Assembly (NCBI RefSeq): GCF_009914755.1 | Contig: NC_060940.1 | Strand: one strand, 5' to 3' | DNA length: 64,000 nucleotides | Source: the human T2T-CHM13v2.0 reference genome, Homo sapiens | Part shown: piece after piece, positions 59,798-64,000 of the stretch | How positions within the stretch are numbered: position 1 is the first letter of the stretch | How the letters are laid out: each line of letters starts with the position of its first letter | Position numbers and translations under genes: made by a program | Notes under the pieces: model-generated | The model's database searches: none | The model's input: only the letters and a program-made list of their open reading frames with translations | Told to the model about the DNA's origin: nothing

Positions 59798-62700
59798 TGA
59801 TGATTATTCCATTGGAGTCCACTTAGTGAATCCTTTAGATTCTACTCGAAGATGATTCCATTCGAGTCCATTCGATGATACCATTCAATTCCATTCGTTG
59901 ATGCTTCCATTCAAGTGCAGTCAATGATATCATTCGATTCCATTTGATGATAATTCCATTTGATTCCATGCGATGATTCTATTCGATTCCATTCAATGAT
60001 AATTCCATTCAATTCAGTGATTCCTCTAGACTCCATTTGATGATGATTCCATTCAATGATTCCATTCGATTCTATTCGAAAATGATTCCATTTGAATCCA
60101 TTTGATGACGATTCCATTCCATTCCATTTGATGATTCCATTCTTTTCTATTCGATGATGATTCCATTCGATTCCATTCGATGATGATTGGATTCGATTCC
60201 ATTTGATGATTTCATTTGATTCCATTCGTTAATGATTTCGATCAATTCCATTCGATGATTCCATTCGATTCCATTCGATAATGATTACATCCGAGTCCAT
60301 TCGATGATTCCCTTTGAGCCTGTTCGATAATTCCATTTGAGTCCAACCAATGATTCCATTCATTTCCATTCAATGATTCCATTCGAGTCCATTTGATCAT
60401 TCCGGTAGGGTCCATTCGATGTTGATTCCATTGGAGTGCATTCGATGATTCCATTCGAGTCCATTTTAGGATTTGATTCGAGTCCTTTCGATGATTCCAT
60501 TCGATTCCACTCGATGATGATTTCATTCGAGTCCATTCGACACTTCCAATCGATTCCATTTGATGATTCCATTCGAGTCCAATTGATGATTCCATTCAAT
60601 TCCATTCGATGATGATTCCGTACGATTCCATTCTGTGATGATTCCATGTGATTGCATTCAATGATGATTCCTTTCGATTGCATTCGATTATGATTCATTT
60701 CGTGTTCATTCTATGGTTCCACAGGTTTCCATTCGTGTCCATTCCATTATTCCATTCTATTCCATTTGATGATGATTCCATTCGATTCCATTCATTGGTG
60801 ATTCCACTCAATTCCATTCAATGATTCCATTCCATTTCTTTCAACAATGATTCCATTAGTTTCTAATCGATGATCCACTTGATTCCATTTGACGACGATT
60901 CCATTCTTGTCCATTCGATGATTCCATTTGATTCCATATGATGATGATTCCATTCGATTCCATACCATGATGATTCCATTCGAGTCCATTCAATGGTGAT
61001 TCCATTCAATTCCATTCGATGATTCCTTTCGATTCCATTCGATGATGATGGCATTCGATTCCTTTCAATCATTCCCTTTGATTCCATTCAAAGGTGATTT
61101 CATTCAAGTCCATTCGATAATTGCATTCGATTCCATTCTATGATGATTCCATTCGAGTCCATTTGATGATTCCATTCAATTCAAGTCAATGATGATTCCA
61201 TTCGATTCCATTCGATGATTCCATTGGATTCCATTCGATGATGATTCCATTCAAATCCATTCGATAATTCAATTCAAGTCCATTCGATGATGATTCCAAT
61301 CGAATCCATTCAAAGATTCCATTCAGTTCCATTCGATGATTCCCTTAGATTCCATTCGATGATTCCACTTGATTCCATTTACGATGATTCCATTCGATTC
61401 CATGTGATGATTCCATTCAATTCTATTCAATGGTGTCTCCATTTGATTCCATTCGACCATGATTGCTTTTGATTCCATTCAATGATTCCATTCGGTTCCG
61501 TTTGATGATGATTCCGTTTGATTCCATTTGATGATTCCATTTGATTCCATTGGATGAGTCCATTCGATTACATTCGATGATTATTCCATTCGAGTGCATT
61601 AGATGATTCCATTCGAGTCCATTCGATGATTCCATTCGATTCCATTCGATGTTGATTCTGTTCAAATCCATTCGATGATTCCACTCGATTCCATTCGATG
61701 ACTCCATTTGATCCCATTCGATGATTTCCTTTGATTCCCTTTGATGATCATTCCATTTGATTCAATTCGGTGATTTCATTTGATTCCATTCAGTGATGTT
61801 TCCATTCGACTCCATTCGATGATGATTCCATTCGACTCCATTCGATTATGATTTCATTCAATTCCATTCGATAATGATTCCCTTCGAGTCCATTCGATGA
61901 TTCCATTCGATTCCATTCAATGATGATTTGATTCGTGTCCATTCGATGATTCCATTTGATTCCACTTGATGATGATTCCATTCGAGTCCATTTGATGATT
62001 CCATTCAATTCCATACTCCGATGATTTCTTTTGAGCCCATTCAATGCTTCCACTCGATTCCATATGATGACTCCATTCGATGAAATTCGATGATGATTCC
62101 ATTCGCTTGCTTTCGATGATGATTCCACTTGAGTCCGTTAGAAGATTCTATTCAATTACATTCCATGACGATTCCGTTCGAGTCCATTTGATGATTCCAT
62201 TAGACTCCATTCGACGATGATTCCATTCGATGTTATTCGATGATTCCATTCGATCTCATTCGATGATGATTCCATTCAACTCCATTCGATGTTTCCATTC
62301 GAGTTCATTCTATTATTCCATTACATTCCATTCGATGATGATTCCATTCGATTCCCTTTGATGATTGCATTCTATTTCATTTGATGTTGATTCCATTCGT
62401 GTCCACTCGATGATTCCATTCGAGTCCATTTAATGAATCCATTGGTTTCAATTCTATGATGATTACATTGGATTCCATTCGTTGATGATTTCATTCGGTT
62501 CCATTCAATGATGATTCTATTCAATTCCTTTCAATGTTTCCATTCAATTCCATACGATGATGATTCCATTTGATTTGATTCGACAGTGAGCCATTCGATT
62601 CAATTCCATGATGATTCTATTTTATTCAATTGGTTGACATTTCCATTCGATTCCATTCGATAATGATTCCCTTTGATTCCATTCAAAGATGATTCCATTC

Positions 62701-64000
62701 TAGCCCATTCAATCATTCCATTCGATTCTATTCAATGATGATTCCATTCATGTCGATTTGGTGATTCCATTTGACTTCATTTGATGATGATTCCTTTCAA
62801 GTTCATTAGATGATTCCATTCGATTCCATTTGATGATGATCCCATTCGAGTCCATTCAGTGATTCCATTCGTTTCCATTCCATGATGATTCCATTCCATT
62901 CCATGCAATGATTCCATTCGATTCCGTTTGATGATGATTTCATTCGAGTCCATTTGATGATTCCATTTGATTCCATTCGATGATGATTCCATTCGAGTCC
63001 ATTCGATGATTCTATTCGAATCCATTTGATGATTTCTTTTGATTATAGTTGGTGATGATTCCATTGGAGTCCATTCAATGATTCCATTCGATTCCAATCG
63101 ATGGTGATTCCATTAGAGTCCATTTAATGATTCCATTTGATTCCAGTCTCTGATGATTACATTCGAGTCCATACGATGATTCCACTCAATTCCATATGAT
63201 GATGATTCCATTCGATTCCATTCGATGATTCCATTCTATTCTATTCGATGGTGATTCCATTCGAGTACATTAGATGATTCCATTCGATTCCATTCAATGA
63301 TGATTCTATTTGTGTCCCTTAGATGATTCCACATGATTCCATTAGATGATGATACTATTTCAGCCCATCCAATGATTCCCTTCGATTCCATTCGATGAGG
63401 ATTCCATTCGATTCAATTCATTGGTGATTCTATTCAATTCAATTCTTTGATTCCATTCCATTCCATTCGACAATGATTCCATTCGATTTCTTTCGATGAT
63501 TCCACTCGATTCCACTTGACATTGATTCCATTCGATTCCATTCAATGATTCCATTTGATTCCAGTGGATGATGATTGCCATCGATTCCATTCGATCACTC
63601 CATTCTATTCCATTTGATGATGATTACATTCGATTCCATTTGATGATTCCATCTGATTCTATTCGAGGATTCCATTTGATTCCATTCGCTGATGATTCCA
63701 TTCGAGTCCATTCGATGATTTCATTCGAGTACATCCAATGATTCCATTCGAGTCCATTTGATGATTCCATTTGATTCCATTTGATTATGATTCTACTAGA
63801 GTCCATTCAGTGACTCCATTCGAGTCCATTCAACAATTCCATTCGACTCCATTCGATGATTCCATTCGATTCCATTTGATGATTCCATTCGAGTCCATTT
63901 AATCATTACAGTCGAGTCCATTTGGTGTTTCCGCTGGATTTCCTTTGATAATGATACCATTCAATTACATTTGATGATGATCCCATTCAATTTCATTTGA
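59798..64000 (+). repeat. Higher-order unit 11, cut by the window end
   Basis: Anchor at 59798 and CGTACG at 60619. Retains the 13-bp segment (61761-61775) and has a 3-bp (gat) deletion near 62066. Confidence 0.88.

Larger units (their letters stand above)
1..64000 (+). repeat. Human satellite II (HSat2/HSATII) array, CATTC strand on +; probably HSat2B with a ~6.1 kb higher-order unit (pericentromeric heterochromatin, likely 16q11.2)
   Basis: The sequence consists entirely of degenerate ccattcgattccattcgatgat(gat)t units with frequent TCGA and GAGTC, unlike the purer (CATTC)n of HSat3. Period is 6112 bp between homologous positions (2715/8827, 3280/9392, 4003/10115). The family call is strong; subfamily and chromosome come from the recalled period and are less certain. 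Confidence 0.96.

Noticed and set aside
61287-61472. Sole plus-strand ORF (61 aa)
   Set aside because: It exists because a private SNP (caatggtgtc versus caatgatgt elsewhere, ~61433) removes a TGA stop; the peptide is satellite translation.
114-63806. Over 100 short minus-strand ORFs (60-132 aa) as a repeat-protein gene family
   Set aside because: They overlap in different frames with the same low-complexity peptide, recur at the satellite period, and gain or lose starts and stops through single SNPs between copies. No domain or splice structure is evident.
1-64000. CRISPR array or repeat-spacer system
   Set aside because: No conserved repeats separated by unique spacers and no cas genes; the entire sequence is degenerate tandem repeat.
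1-64000. HSat3 (e.g. 9q12, DYZ1), alpha satellite or CENP-B boxes
   Set aside because: Pure CATTC runs are at most about three copies, GATGAT/TCGA motifs dominate, and there is no 171-bp periodicity.
1-64000. Embedded Alu, L1, LTR or unique-sequence island
   Set aside because: No poly-A tails, GC-rich blocks or non-satellite stretches were seen, and unit-length arithmetic leaves no unexplained insertion.

Overview
The whole 64 kb window is one uninterrupted array of human/great-ape classical satellite II (HSat2/HSATII), CATTC-type on the + strand throughout, built from degenerate CATTCGATTC / CATTCGATGATTC / CATTCGAGTC motifs (23- and 26-bp basic units). I saw no genes, RNA genes, transposon insertions or strand inversions; all ORFs in the track are read-through of the satellite. 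The array has a ~6.1 kb higher-order unit with a full-length period of 6112 bp (e.g. 2715->8827, 4003->10115), which from my recollection matches the HSat2B array of human 16q11.2 (needs alignment to confirm). An apparently once-per-unit anchor (CGTACG at 871, 6666, 15182, 21258, 30428, 36413, 42466, 48519, 54569, 60619) gives spacings of 5795, 8516, 6076, 9170, 5985, 6053, 6053, 6050 and 6050 bp. Deviations from 6112 trace to specific events: a 317-bp deletion, a 2404-bp internal tandem duplication, a ~2.8-kb deletion/fusion junction, a 49-bp deletion fixed in all downstream units, small 10/13/23/98-bp indels, and two adjacent recent whole-unit duplications (AABB). The interest here is satellite evolution, not a new protein-coding system. 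All comparisons were done by eye and by coordinate arithmetic, not by alignment.
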